Below, in pieces: positions 35,091 through 46,054 of a stretch of 64,000 bases of DNA. The notes under the pieces were generated by a model. That model had not been told where the DNA came from and did no database searches. It saw only the letters and a program-made list of their open reading frames with translations. Position 1 is the stretch's first letter, and each line of letters starts with the position of its first letter. The DNA is from Bdellovibrionales bacterium (GTDB lineage Bacteria; Bdellovibrionota; Bdellovibrionia; Bdellovibrionales; UBA1609): NCBI GenBank assembly GCA_043764155.1, contig JAYUKW010000001.1, positions 118,027 through 182,026 on the forward strand. Direction: 5' to 3'. The translations under genes and the position numbers were made by a program.

Positions 35091-36287
35091 ATGGCCTTCA
35101 TATTTCCTAAAATCACACCACCGGATAACACCAATGAAAAAGACTGGCTGGATTGGAAGTGGCAATTAAAAAATGCAATTAAAACAAAAGAAGATTTGGA
35201 AGCTCAAATCCCACTTTTAAAAGAAGAATTAGATTTTTTTAAATCCTATAAATCTTCGGGCTTTAAATTTCAAATCACACCTTACAGTCTTGAAGTTTTG
35301 AAACAAAAAGACACAACCCGTGTTTTAAGAAAAATATTAATTGGGGATTTCTCAGAATACTCAGAACAAAAACAAGCTCAATTAGACCCTTTAAATGAAA
35401 GACAAAATAATCCTGCTCCACGTGTGATTCATAGATACTCTGATAGGGCCTTATTCTTAGTGACTGACTTTTGTAGTGTGTATTGCCGTTACTGCACCCG
35501 AAAGCATTTCACCGCCAAAGACCAAGTGTTTCCATCAGCTTCTGAATACGATCAGGCGATGGACTATTTTAGAACTCACAAAGGGATCAAAGAAGTTATT
35601 TTGTCAGGGGGCGATCCTTTAACTTTATCCGATGATCGAATTATAAAAGTCATTTCAGACTTAAGATCTATTTCTCATATTGAAATCATTCGTATAGGAA
35701 CCAGAATCCCAGTAGTGATGCCGATGCGGATCACTGAGGACTTAGTTAATAAGCTTAAAGCCTTTCATCCGGTTTATATTATGACTCACTTCAATCATCC
35801 AGATGAGCTGACAGAGGATGCAAAGTCGGCTTTAAGTTTATTGGTCGACAATGGTTTTCCTGTATTTAATCAAATGGTGTTTTTGAATGGGGTGAATAAT
35901 GAGGCTTCATTGATTCAAGCCTTAAATCGAAGGCTGACTTATTTAAGGGTTAAACCCTACTATATGTTTCAATGTGACCCTTCTGAGGGAACTGATCACT
36001 TACGAACTTCGATTCAAGATTCTTTGGGTATTCAGAAAGAACTTTGGGGACATATGTCAGGTTTGTCGATGGCTAACTTATCTGTAGATATCCCGAGTGG
36101 TGGGGGAAAGGCGTATTTCGTTCCTAATTTTGTTGAATCTCAAAACGAAAATGAAATTTTATTTAAAGGCTGGGACGGGGTGAGTGAAAAGTATATTAAT
36201 CCCAATTCAATAAATTTAAAAAAACCAGTGGTTGATGATAGTTATAAAAAAGAATGGTCTGAGATTCTAAATTCTAAATTCTTATAG
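35091..36287 (+). CDS. KamA-family radical SAM lysine 2,3-aminomutase
   Basis: 398 aa; CSVYCRYCTRK cluster motif; SGGDPL. Confidence 0.8.
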   Translation: MAFIFPKITPPDNTNEKDWLDWKWQLKNAIKTKEDLEAQIPLLKEELDFFKSYKSSGFKFQITPYSLEVLKQKDTTRVLRKILIGDFSEYSEQKQAQLDPLNERQNNPAPRVIHRYSDRALFLVTDFCSVYCRYCTRKHFTAKDQVFPSASEYDQAMDYFRTHKGIKEVILSGGDPLTLSDDRIIKVISDLRSISHIEIIRIGTRIPVVMPMRITEDLVNKLKAFHPVYIMTHFNHPDELTEDAKSALSLLVDNGFPVFNQMVFLNGVNNEASLIQALNRRLTYLRVKPYYMFQCDPSEGTDHLRTSIQDSLGIQKELWGHMSGLSMANLSVDIPSGGGKAYFVPNFVESQNENEILFKGWDGVSEKYINPNSINLKKPVVDDSYKKEWSEILNSKFL

Positions 36288-36304
36288 GTAAATTCATTTA
36301 TCTT

Positions 36305-37009
36305 TTATTCTATTAGCTTTAAATAGCCATTTTTTGAATCTTCAAAGAAAGGATTCTTTTCTAGAATACCTAGCGTTAATGGAAGAAATGGGAATCCAAG
36401 AGCTTGCATCATTAAAAAAAAATCCGGCGTATCAACAACATATAATTGAAAACCTAATAAAATAGCGCCAGCCATTGTAGATAATTGAAATCTTTTGAGA
36501 TGTTCTTTTTTTAAACGTCTGTAAGGGGGTAGAAATGAATATTTTGACGGTAGTTTTTGGATTTGATAACTATGACCTGTTTCATTTAAAAATCTTAATT
36601 CACCATGCTCATTAAAAACCATATCTTTAATTTTTAATTGTCCATTAATTTGACTGCCTATTTTTTTGACTACATCAGGATTAGAAGAGTCTGTGATAAC
36701 GAAATAGACTTTTCCAGAAAATGAAGTCGTACCTATATAAGTTTTTATATTTGAATTTTCTGAAGATTCCAATAATATCCACTTAGAAAGCGTTAAAGGA
36801 TAAATCTGAGTTTTATTTCTAAAATCGTAAATAGTACCGAATTTAATGGCTGTCTGGTGAATTGTAAACTCGCCGAATGTGATTTCATCAGGATAAAAGT
36901 CATCTGGATTAGTCTCTATGTCTAAATAATCCACACATTGACTATTTTGAGCTCTTGAAAAAGTGCTAAATGTAAACAAAAAGAAACTAGTTATTAAAAT
37001 TGTTTTCAT
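36305..37009 (-). CDS. hypothetical protein with signal peptide and C-terminal membrane segments
   Basis: 234 aa; no recognisable domain. Confidence 0.45.
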   Translation of the reverse strand: MKTILITSFFLFTFSTFSRAQNSQCVDYLDIETNPDDFYPDEITFGEFTIHQTAIKFGTIYDFRNKTQIYPLTLSKWILLESSENSNIKTYIGTTSFSGKVYFVITDSSNPDVVKKIGSQINGQLKIKDMVFNEHGELRFLNETGHSYQIQKLPSKYSFLPPYRRLKKEHLKRFQLSTMAGAILLGFQLYVVDTPDFFLMMQALGFPFLPLTLGILEKNPFFEDSKNGYLKLIE

Positions 37010-37130
37010 TAGGATTTTTATTCAAATGCTATGCCATCGATTAAACTAGATTCAAAATAATATCTAATTGTTATTTAGATATTTTAAGACAGTTTGTGAT
37101 TTTCTTATTTTTTTATAATATTAAAGTTTT

Positions 37131-38969
37131 TTACTTTAAAAGCTTATTTGGCTTAAGCACAATCTGTTGAGTCTCTTCGCTTTTTAAGATGACTTCCTGT
37201 TCATCAAATTTACGACTTTTTCTATTCACAGCGCGGACCACAACCTTTTTGTCGGCGTGATATTTGTAGCCTTTAATTGGCAAACGGTCGTAGATTGGGT
37301 TTCCGTTAATATAAACAATAGATTCCCTTGGCATAACGTCAATGTCTAAATAACCCACTCTGATTTTTTGTAAAGTGCCTTTGTAGTCTGAACTTGAATA
37401 GTTGGATTCAATTTTTGTTTGGTAATCAATATAGTCTTGCTTTTTTAAACCCAATGTAAAGTCCATGTCTGAAGGCACTTTGACTCTGGCTGGTGTTAAT
37501 TGACCTGTGCTGACTCCGTTTACAACCACTTCTGCCCCTTGGGGAAAGCTATTGATGGTGATGTACTTTTCGTTAATTCTTGAGTAAAGAGTTTCTGGAA
37601 GCTTTTCATTCATTGATGCCATTTCATCAACGTTGTTCCCAGGAAAAAGTTGAGACGCTATTAGTGCTAAACCTGCCGCGATTAAAAACATAATGACGTA
37701 TTTAGTGTAATCTCTAATATCAAAATTTTTATTATTGCGTGCTCTTTGCCTATAATTGGTTTGCGAAATACTTCTTTGATTTTGAGATTGGGTGTAGCTC
37801 GGTTTTGACTTGTCCTTGCTAATGGTAATACTTTTTATATCAAAATTTGATTTTTCACTTTTTTCAAAATCACTAAATAGATTAACTTTGCTTTGCTCAA
37901 ACCCTAAATCATCAATGTCTATATCGGTCTTTGTGACTCCAACGATTGTTTTTTCTTGCTCCGAATAGGAAGTACTATTGGCTTCAAACTTAACGCTGGA
38001 ATATTCAATTAATTTTTTTCTATTTTGTAATATTTCATCTGCATACAAAGATTTAATAAATATAGAAAAATCTTGAGAAGAAAATTCGGGATATTGAATA
38101 TTCAAAAATCTGTTTAAATCCTTTTGAAAATCCGCACAAGTTTGATAACGATCTGTTGTCGACTTAGTTAAAGATTTATTTACAATTCTTTCTAGTTCTT
38201 CAGGAACATTAGGATTTAATTTTCTAACAGATGGAATTTTTCCTTCACGGATCTTTTTTAAAGTTCCAATTTCACTTTCAGCAACAAATAGTCTTTCTTT
38301 TGCTAAAAGTTCCCAAAGAACAATACCTAATGAAAAAATATCTGTTCTTAAATCTATACTTTCGCCTGTAGCTTGTTCTGGGGACATGTACGCGAACTTA
38401 CCTTTTAAAGTTCCAGCTTTGGTCGATTCAACTTGGCTTTCCGCTTTTGCAATTCCAAAATCAACAACTTTAACTTCACCTTCAAAACTAACCATGATGT
38501 TTTGTGGACTCATGTCTCTGTGAATAATATTTAAAGGCTTACCTGTTGTTCCATCTAAACATCTATGGGCATGATCTAATCCAGCCGCCACGTCTTTAAT
38601 AATATTTACGATTTGATCAATAGAGAAGTAGGTGTCTAATTCCTTTTGCATACGAGTTAAAATTTGACGTAAATTTTTACCGTTAACATACTCCATAAGA
38701 ATATAGAATTGGCCACTTTCAACGCCAAATTCATATATAGGCACTATGTTACTGTGTGATAAGTTTACATTTATTTTAGCTTCGTCTTTGAACATGTTAA
38801 TAAATTCAGTGTTAGATGAGTACTGAGGCAAAATTCTTTTGATTGCACTGAATTTTGAAATTCCGCCTGTACCTGAGCTTCTAGCCAAAAAAATTTCGGC
38901 CATACCACCCATTGCAATCCTTTCTAAAAGGATATGTTTACCGAAAATTTCAAACTCTTTCTTAGCCAA
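37131..38969 (-). CDS. Ser/Thr protein kinase with TM segment and C-terminal PEGA domain
   Basis: 612 aa; HRDMSPQNIM, DFGIAKA, YMSPEQ; SFPQGAEVVVNG (PEGA). Confidence 0.85.
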   Translation of the reverse strand: MAKKEFEIFGKHILLERIAMGGMAEIFLARSSGTGGISKFSAIKRILPQYSSNTEFINMFKDEAKINVNLSHSNIVPIYEFGVESGQFYILMEYVNGKNLRQILTRMQKELDTYFSIDQIVNIIKDVAAGLDHAHRCLDGTTGKPLNIIHRDMSPQNIMVSFEGEVKVVDFGIAKAESQVESTKAGTLKGKFAYMSPEQATGESIDLRTDIFSLGIVLWELLAKERLFVAESEIGTLKKIREGKIPSVRKLNPNVPEELERIVNKSLTKSTTDRYQTCADFQKDLNRFLNIQYPEFSSQDFSIFIKSLYADEILQNRKKLIEYSSVKFEANSTSYSEQEKTIVGVTKTDIDIDDLGFEQSKVNLFSDFEKSEKSNFDIKSITISKDKSKPSYTQSQNQRSISQTNYRQRARNNKNFDIRDYTKYVIMFLIAAGLALIASQLFPGNNVDEMASMNEKLPETLYSRINEKYITINSFPQGAEVVVNGVSTGQLTPARVKVPSDMDFTLGLKKQDYIDYQTKIESNYSSSDYKGTLQKIRVGYLDIDVMPRESIVYINGNPIYDRLPIKGYKYHADKKVVVRAVNRKSRKFDEQEVILKSEETQQIVLKPNKLLK

Positions 38970-39060
38970 TTAAAACCCCTCGATTCTAATATTTTTCGGC
39001 GTTAAAACTTATTGTCTTAACTGGACTTTGGAAGAGCAGTTGAGATATTCTGTCTATATT

Positions 39061-39654
39061 ATGAAATGGATTGGTTTAACAGGATGTATGGGGTGTGGAA
39101 AATCCACAGTAGCCCAAATTTTAAGGCAAGATCATGATCTTGAAGTCATTTCAGCTGACGATGTGGCACTAGAAATTTTAAAAACGGACCAAGAGCTTCA
39201 GGACTACATATCTAAAAATTTAAATGTTGGCTTTGATCCCGACTTTAGTTTGTATCGATCAAAGATCTCGGCCAAAGTTTTTGGCAATCCAGAGGCCTTA
39301 AAAAAATATGAACAGATTTTTCATCCTAAGGTGAAACAATATGTAGCAGGACTTAAAGAAAAGCTTTCAAAAAATCAAGATCTTGCTTTTTATGATATTC
39401 CTCTCTTGTTTGAAAAAAACATGCAATCAGATTTTAGTGCCATTATCGGTGTCTTTGCTGATCATGATGTGCAAATGGCTCGACTTAAAGAGCGAAACCA
39501 ATGGACAGATGATCAAATTGCAGAACGCTTAAAACATCAGATTCCAAATAAAACCAAAATCGACCAATGTGATTTTATTATTTTTAACAACTCATCCTTA
39601 GATAGTTTGAAAACTCAAATCATCGACATCCTGGCTAAACTCGTCAGTCATTAA
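39061..39654 (+). CDS. coaE: dephospho-CoA kinase
   Basis: GLTGCMGCGKST P-loop right after the ATG at 39061 (the track ORF begins at a TTG at 39028); last 15 nt and stop lie inside the E2 arm. Confidence 0.85.
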   Translation: MKWIGLTGCMGCGKSTVAQILRQDHDLEVISADDVALEILKTDQELQDYISKNLNVGFDPDFSLYRSKISAKVFGNPEALKKYEQIFHPKVKQYVAGLKEKLSKNQDLAFYDIPLLFEKNMQSDFSAIIGVFADHDVQMARLKERNQWTDDQIAERLKHQIPNKTKIDQCDFIIFNNSSLDSLKTQIIDILAKLVSH

Positions 39655-40074
39655 AATCTCATTTACATAATATTTAATTTTTATATTTTAAAGAGATCTT
39701 CACAATTTAAAACAGGCTCGTTGGCATGAGGCCTTGCTCGAAATTCATTCTACATTCTATTTAAATTCAAAGATCCTTAGGACATTTAAAACAGGGCAGA
39801 CCTTGGCATTCGCTTTGCACAAGTTGGAAAAGTTCCAGCGAACTGGCGAGGGTGCGTAGCCCCTCGAAAGCCAGTGAGTGAACTAGACAGTAGCAAAGCT
39901 TCACGCCAACGAGCCTGTTTTAAATGTCCTAAGGATCTTTGAATTTAAATAGAATGTAGAATGAATTTCTAATGCAAGGCGAATGACAAGGTCTGCCCTG
40001 TTTTAAATTGTGAAGATCTCTTTAAAATATAAAAATTAAATATTATGTAAATGAGATTTTAATGGCTGACGAGT
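39639..40074. repeat. nested quasi-palindrome E2 (same architecture as E1)
   Basis: Outer arms 39639-39716 vs 39997-40074 match 77/78. Inner arms 39741-39795 vs 39914-39968 match 55/55. B is at 39717-39732, rc copy at 39898-39913. D is at 39796-39813, rc copy at 39979-39996. The apical segment 39821-39891 is a G module in - orientation. Confidence 0.95.
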
Positions 40075-40103
40075 GGTTGGCCACTCGATGTGAGGGATTA
40101 GTT

Positions 40104-40850
40104 TTACCAGGGTAAAATGGTGTGGTCGTAGTTTAAGAATTGGCCTTGGTTTTCAGGTTTTAAGTTTTCAATGACGTTAAAAATATTTTCTGCAGACTCT
40201 TTTGGTGTATGAATTTTATATTTTTTTTCAGCTGCTTTCATAAAGGGTTCTGACAGACGAGTTTGAGTGGTACCTGGATGAATTGTGACAACATACTTTT
40301 CTGTGCCTAAACGTTTAAATTCTAAGCTTAAATTTTTAATAAACATATTTAAAGCAGTTTTTGAAGCGCGGTACGAATACCAGCCCCCAAGAGAGTTGTC
40401 AGAAAGACTGGCCACCTTTGCAGATATTGCGGCAAACACGGCGTAGTGTTTATGTTTAAAGAACTCTTTTAAATACTTGGCAAAAAGCATTGTGGGAATA
40501 CTATTCACCAAAAAACTTTTTTTCATATTCTCAAGGCTAACCTCTTCGACTCGTCGTTCAGCAACTAAGCCTTCGATTTGTAAAGCGCCAATACAATTAA
40601 TAAATCGGTGAATTTCAGTTATACTTAATTCATGAAGCGTTGATTTCATATTCGAGAAGCCGTCTTCGTTTTCGATATCTAATAAAAACCATATTAAACG
40701 AGTTTGATATTTTGTTTGTAGTTCTTCCATTAGATTTGTGATTGTGCTTCGGTAAGTACCAATCACAATGTTTTCAGAATTTGCTTCTAAATAGGTTTGG
40801 CATAAACTAAGGCCTAACCCTTGACTTGCTCCGGCAATAACAATGTTCAT
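40104..40850 (-). CDS. short-chain dehydrogenase/reductase (CsgA/C-factor-like)
   Basis: 248 aa; IAGASQGLGLSL, YRASKTAL. Confidence 0.8.
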   Translation of the reverse strand: MNIVIAGASQGLGLSLCQTYLEANSENIVIGTYRSTITNLMEELQTKYQTRLIWFLLDIENEDGFSNMKSTLHELSITEIHRFINCIGALQIEGLVAERRVEEVSLENMKKSFLVNSIPTMLFAKYLKEFFKHKHYAVFAAISAKVASLSDNSLGGWYSYRASKTALNMFIKNLSLEFKRLGTEKYVVTIHPGTTQTRLSEPFMKAAEKKYKIHTPKESAENIFNVIENLKPENQGQFLNYDHTILPW

Positions 40851-41061
40851 TTTTTAGCTCCGTAGTTTGAATTTTAGCTTGTATTTAACTTAAATTAATC
40901 TCAAATTTTATTTAATTTATGACTCAAATCAATTGTTTAAATTAAATAGGTTCGAGTGAATGATGCAATTCATTACTGCCTGATATGAATATACATTTAA
41001 ATTTTATTAAAACAGAATAAGGTTCTTTTAATGTTAAGTAAAACCAACAAAGGAATAGATT

Positions 41062-42975
41062 ATGATTCATAATTTCAATATCAATAAGTTTTTTAAAATC
41101 TTAGGTTTATTTGTGGGCTTTTTGTTTATTGGATGCTCTTCGCCTGAAAAAACAAAATTTACTGAGATACCGCTTAAAGATTTTTTTAAAGTTCCTATTG
41201 CTTCTCAGTTTAGGATTAGTCCCAATGGTCAAAAAATTGCGTCTCTTCGACCATACAAAAACAGAATGAATCTTTTTGTGTCTGATTTCGATAAAAGCAA
41301 TTGGAAGCCTTTTACAACTTACAAGGACAGAGGAATTCAAATTGTGGGTTGGAAAGGAAATGAAATTGTTCTTTTCACAAGAGATTTTGGTGGGAATGAA
41401 AATTTCCATCTGTTTTCCGCTAATATCACTTCGGGAAGCGTTAAAGATTTGACTCCTAACCCTGAAGAACGTGCTTTTGTGGTCAATACTTTAGAAGATG
41501 TATCTGACACTAATGTATACGTTTCTTCTAATCGAAGACTTAAAACTGTATCCGATATTTATGAAGTGAATGTTTTTACTGGTGAAGAAAAAATGATTCT
41601 TCAAAATCCTGGTAAGCAAACTGAATGGGTGATTGATCACAAGGGTCAAATTCGAATCGCCATGGAATCAGATGGTGTAAACAAAACATATTTTTATAGA
41701 AAAAATAATGATCAAGCATTTAAAAAAATCAAAACTTATTCTTTTAAAGAAACTGTAAATCCTGTCTTTTTTGATTTCGAAAATAAAGATGTCTATGCAA
41801 TGACCAATGTAGATTCTGATAAAGTTATTGCCGTTTTGATGAATCCAGAAAATTTTAAAACTTCAAAAAAAGTGTATTTCAATGATAGTTACGATGTTGA
41901 TGATCTAACATTATCTAAGCAAAAAAAGGAATTAATTCAGGCTTCATATACAGATTGGAAATTTAGACGAACGATTTTCAGTAAGTACTACAGAGATATT
42001 TTTGAAGATATCGAAAATAAAATTCCGAATAAAGAAATTCATCTGACCTCATCAAGTAAAGACGAAACTCTTTTTACTGTTCATGTTGCCAGTGATCGAA
42101 CTCGTGGAATGTACTACACTTACGACGTAAAAACTAAAAACTTACAATTCTTGATGAATCCAAGTCCATGGATTGATGAAGAAAAAATGGCTTTTGTTAA
42201 ACCTATCAAATATAAATCTAGAGATGGATTAAATATCGAAGGCTACTTAACATTGCCTCCGGGTAAAGAAAACATGAAAGGCTTACCTCTTGTTGTAAAT
42301 CCTCATGGGGGACCCTGGTATCGTGACAGTTGGGGTTATAACCCTGAGATTCAATTTTTAGCTAACCGAGGTTACGCCATTCTTCAAATGAATTTCAGAG
42401 GATCGACAGGATACGGAAAAAAATTCTGGGAAGCTTCATTCAAACAATGGGGTCAAAAAATGCAAGATGACATCACCGATGGTGTGAACTGGGCTATTGA
42501 TCAACAGATCGCGGATAAGAACAATATTTGTATCTACGGTGGAAGTTACGGGGGCTACGCAACGCTAGCGGGTGTTACATACACACCAGATTTATATAAG
42601 TGTGGTGTCGATTATGTCGGTGTATCAAATCTGTTTACATTTCAGGCGACGATTCCTCCTTACTGGGAGCCATTTAAAAAAATGCTTTATGAAATGGTAG
42701 GACACCCAGAAAAAGATAAAGACATGCTGACGAAGTTTTCACCGGTATTTCATGCAGACAAAATCAAAGCGGCCTTGTTTGTTGCACAAGGGGCTAACGA
42801 CCCTCGAGTTAAAAAATCTGAATCAGATCAAATTGTTAAAGCTCTAAAAGATAAAGGAATAGATGTTCCTTACATGGTCAAAGACAATGAAGGTCATGGT
42901 TTTCATAATCAAGAAAATCAATTTGATTTTTATACCGTGATGGAAGCGTTTTTAAATAAACATATTAAAAAGTAG
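41062..42975 (+). CDS. S9-family serine peptidase (prolyl oligopeptidase / dipeptidyl aminopeptidase), lipoprotein-like
   Basis: 637 aa; FIGC lipobox-like signal; beta-propeller N-half; GGSYGGYAT nucleophile, GANDPRV, EGHGF. Confidence 0.85.
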   Translation: MIHNFNINKFFKILGLFVGFLFIGCSSPEKTKFTEIPLKDFFKVPIASQFRISPNGQKIASLRPYKNRMNLFVSDFDKSNWKPFTTYKDRGIQIVGWKGNEIVLFTRDFGGNENFHLFSANITSGSVKDLTPNPEERAFVVNTLEDVSDTNVYVSSNRRLKTVSDIYEVNVFTGEEKMILQNPGKQTEWVIDHKGQIRIAMESDGVNKTYFYRKNNDQAFKKIKTYSFKETVNPVFFDFENKDVYAMTNVDSDKVIAVLMNPENFKTSKKVYFNDSYDVDDLTLSKQKKELIQASYTDWKFRRTIFSKYYRDIFEDIENKIPNKEIHLTSSSKDETLFTVHVASDRTRGMYYTYDVKTKNLQFLMNPSPWIDEEKMAFVKPIKYKSRDGLNIEGYLTLPPGKENMKGLPLVVNPHGGPWYRDSWGYNPEIQFLANRGYAILQMNFRGSTGYGKKFWEASFKQWGQKMQDDITDGVNWAIDQQIADKNNICIYGGSYGGYATLAGVTYTPDLYKCGVDYVGVSNLFTFQATIPPYWEPFKKMLYEMVGHPEKDKDMLTKFSPVFHADKIKAALFVAQGANDPRVKKSESDQIVKALKDKGIDVPYMVKDNEGHGFHNQENQFDFYTVMEAFLNKHIKK

Positions 42976-42986
42976 AAATTTAAAAT

Positions 42987-45017
42987 ATGACTCAAGGTGG
43001 ATTTCTTACTGATATAGGAATTGTGTTAGGTGTGGCTGCGGTCACATCATTTTTAGCTCGAAGATTTAAGCTGCCTACAACTTTAGGTTATCTATTTGCC
43101 GGTATTATAGTTGGTCCCTATGTCCCCCTTCCGCTATTTGCTGATCTTCATCGTGTTGAAACCATGTCTGAATTTGGTGTGATTCTAGTTATGTTTGCAG
43201 TGGGCTTGGAATTTAGAATTAAAAAACTATTTCAAGTTTTACCAAATGCAGGTTTCACCGCGTTCATTGAAATGAGCACCTTGTTCTTAATCGGAACTTT
43301 AGTGGCAGATTTTTTGGGTTGGACTACGACACAAGGAATATTTTTAGGCTCTGCCTTATCGATTTCAAGCACTATGCTTGTGAGCAAAGTGTTTGCAGAT
43401 CAACCTCCGCAGACAGATGTACGAAGGCAAGTTTTTGGTATTTTGATAATTCAAGATATCGCGGCCATTTTAATTTTAGCTTTGTTAGGTACTATTGCTG
43501 CGGGTTTAAATAAAGACAGTCCAAAGCCTGTAGAGGTCATGACTCAGCTGGGAGCTATTTTAATTGCGATTAGTGTCGTTGGACTTTTTGTTATTCCAAA
43601 ATTTGTTCGAAAAGTGTCAAAACTTAAAAGTGAAGAGACTCTGGTCGTGGTCTCTATGGGGATCTGTTTTGGTTTGGCTTTGATAGTTGAAAACTTAGGT
43701 TATTCCGTGGCCCTGGGTGCATTCTTAGCTGGAATGTTAGTTTCTGAAAGTGGTTTAGGAAATAAAATTGAACATTTGATCTTTCCTATTAAGGATATGT
43801 TTGCTGCTATATTTTTTGTTTCTATTGGTATGCAAATCAATCCGGTGCTCGCTATGGACCATTTGCCTTCAATATTTTTATTGTCTTTTTTGGTCGTCTT
43901 TTTTCAATTTTTGAGCGTCAGTGTTTCTGGAGTTTTATCTGGTGTTGGTTTAACAAATTCGATTAACTCTGGTTTTGCCTTAGGACAAATAGGTGAGTTC
44001 GCTTTTATTATTGCGGCTATTGGAACAAAAGCGGGTCTGCTGCAAGATTCTTTTCAAACCATAATTATTGCCGTGGCTGTAGTAACTTCTATCTCAACAC
44101 CATTAATTTGGAAGTCTAAATTTAAATTTATTAGTTTTATTGATAAAAACTTACCTAAAAAAGCAGATGTTTTAATTAACCTTTACGAAGCTTGGTTTAA
44201 GCAACTAAAAAAAACTGCTTTTAATAATATTAACTTACCGCGAAGGATTCTATTTGCAGTATTTATTGATTTGGTACTTTTGGTTACAATCCCCCCCTTA
44301 TTACTTGCAGTAATGCCAAAAGTACAAAATCTTTTAGAAGATTTAGATCTATCATACGGGGCAATTCAACTTGTGATAGCCGCTGCTGTGATGACCTTGT
44401 TTATTCCAATTGTATTCAGTTTAATTTCTAATATAGGTAAGCTTTTGACTGCATTTGTGAACGAAGTCTTTCATTTTGATTCAGAAATTAAATCAGCGTC
44501 TTCAGCGAATGCAATTCAACTTTTTAGATTGGCTTTTCAAATCTTGGTTTTATATGTGATTTGGATTCCACTGATGATTAGTGTAAAGACGTTTATAAGT
44601 AGTGATATTATTTATTACATGGTTTTAATTACAGGCTTATTGGTTACAGTTTATCTTATCTACAAATCAGACTCTGGATTAGATTCTAAGAAAAATCGTA
44701 TTATCGTGAGTGGGGGCGAACGTATCTTAGATGTCCTTTCCAAGCACTCATTTCCCGATAGTGATGAATTGGAATCTATTGGACTTTCTGATTTAATTTC
44801 GATCAAAGTAACAAATCCAGAAGTCATTAATAAAACTCTTTCCGAAATAAATCTTAGGGCGAAAACGGGTTGTAGTATTATTTCTATTAAACGAAATAAA
44901 AACAGAATATTATTCCCCAAACCAACTGACATATTATACCTAGGTGACCACGTTCAAATTTCTGGTGATACCCATGCCGTTTCAAATGCAGTAAAAGCAT
45001 TAAGTATTGAGCACTAG
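42987..45017 (+). CDS. CPA2 cation:proton antiporter (Kef-type) with C-terminal RCK_C/TrkA-C domain
   Basis: 676 aa; about 12 TM; Na/H-exchanger-like core; C-terminal soluble domain. Confidence 0.75.
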   Translation: MTQGGFLTDIGIVLGVAAVTSFLARRFKLPTTLGYLFAGIIVGPYVPLPLFADLHRVETMSEFGVILVMFAVGLEFRIKKLFQVLPNAGFTAFIEMSTLFLIGTLVADFLGWTTTQGIFLGSALSISSTMLVSKVFADQPPQTDVRRQVFGILIIQDIAAILILALLGTIAAGLNKDSPKPVEVMTQLGAILIAISVVGLFVIPKFVRKVSKLKSEETLVVVSMGICFGLALIVENLGYSVALGAFLAGMLVSESGLGNKIEHLIFPIKDMFAAIFFVSIGMQINPVLAMDHLPSIFLLSFLVVFFQFLSVSVSGVLSGVGLTNSINSGFALGQIGEFAFIIAAIGTKAGLLQDSFQTIIIAVAVVTSISTPLIWKSKFKFISFIDKNLPKKADVLINLYEAWFKQLKKTAFNNINLPRRILFAVFIDLVLLVTIPPLLLAVMPKVQNLLEDLDLSYGAIQLVIAAAVMTLFIPIVFSLISNIGKLLTAFVNEVFHFDSEIKSASSANAIQLFRLAFQILVLYVIWIPLMISVKTFISSDIIYYMVLITGLLVTVYLIYKSDSGLDSKKNRIIVSGGERILDVLSKHSFPDSDELESIGLSDLISIKVTNPEVINKTLSEINLRAKTGCSIISIKRNKNRILFPKPTDILYLGDHVQISGDTHAVSNAVKALSIEH

Positions 45018-45062
45018 CCAATTTTTGAATTGTATATTCTTTTATAAAAAATTAATTTTGAA

Positions 45063-45953
45063 TTAAAGATTCTCAACAAAAAAATCTACCACTTTGCTTC
45101 GATTAAAAAGTCCATACCATGCGACCGTGTTCACATGATTTAAATGACTGACCTCAACTGAACTTGCTTTAAAAAAATCATTGGCTTTTTGCTGATTTAA
45201 ATAAGGAACAAGTTCGTCATTAGTAGAAACAATAGAACCTATTTTTTTACCGATCGAATAATTTGCGTGTTGGGTCGTGGGCTCAAATTTAAAAACTTGT
45301 GATAACTCTTTTAAATACTGCTCGTCATTTTTAAGATTATATTTCGTATATCGCTTAGATTTTAATTCTGTCATTGCGGGTTGATTCGAAAAAATAATGA
45401 CTTCAGGTATAGGTAAACCACCAACAATAATAAATCCTGTTTTAATATAAGGGTTTGTAGCCATTGTAACTGAGGCATGAAGAGCCCCTACACTTGTGCC
45501 TAAAACTCCGTAATTTTTTGTAGATGAATATTTTAATACTTTATTTAAGGCAACCTGTGCGGACCCATAAAAAGAATTATGAAGTTCATAATTAATAGTT
45601 TCGATTTCATAGCCAGTCCATTTTTGTAAAATAAAAACTTCATACCCTTTGATAGCAAGTTGTCTTGCGTAAAGTCGATCTACAATATTTTCACCACCCG
45701 TCGGAGGAAAAATAAAAATAGTTCCTTTAAAATTTAAAAGATTTCGTTTGGTTACTTTTCTGTAATTTACAAACCCGTCTTGATCTTTAATCTGATGAAT
45801 TATGTTTGTAGTTCCAATAAAACTTAAAAAAGATTTTGTCGTTGAAAAATCTAATATTAAGATGAGTAGTCCAATTAAAAGTAAAAATATTAAGGTTAAT
45901 TTAATTTTTGAAACGGGGTTTCCTAAAAATAAATTTATAGTTTTGGTTAACAT
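45063..45953 (-). CDS. membrane-anchored alpha/beta hydrolase
   Basis: 296 aa; N-terminal TM; GTSVGALHA nucleophile elbow. Confidence 0.6.
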   Translation of the reverse strand: MLTKTINLFLGNPVSKIKLTLIFLLLIGLLILILDFSTTKSFLSFIGTTNIIHQIKDQDGFVNYRKVTKRNLLNFKGTIFIFPPTGGENIVDRLYARQLAIKGYEVFILQKWTGYEIETINYELHNSFYGSAQVALNKVLKYSSTKNYGVLGTSVGALHASVTMATNPYIKTGFIIVGGLPIPEVIIFSNQPAMTELKSKRYTKYNLKNDEQYLKELSQVFKFEPTTQHANYSIGKKIGSIVSTNDELVPYLNQQKANDFFKASSVEVSHLNHVNTVAWYGLFNRSKVVDFFVENL

Positions 45954-46054
45954 ACTGCTTTAGAGTCTAGCTTTTACTAAGTGTCGTCAATTTGGAATTG
46001 AGCCTGATATAGAATTTAATATTTAATATTTAATTTAATATTTAATTTAAAATT

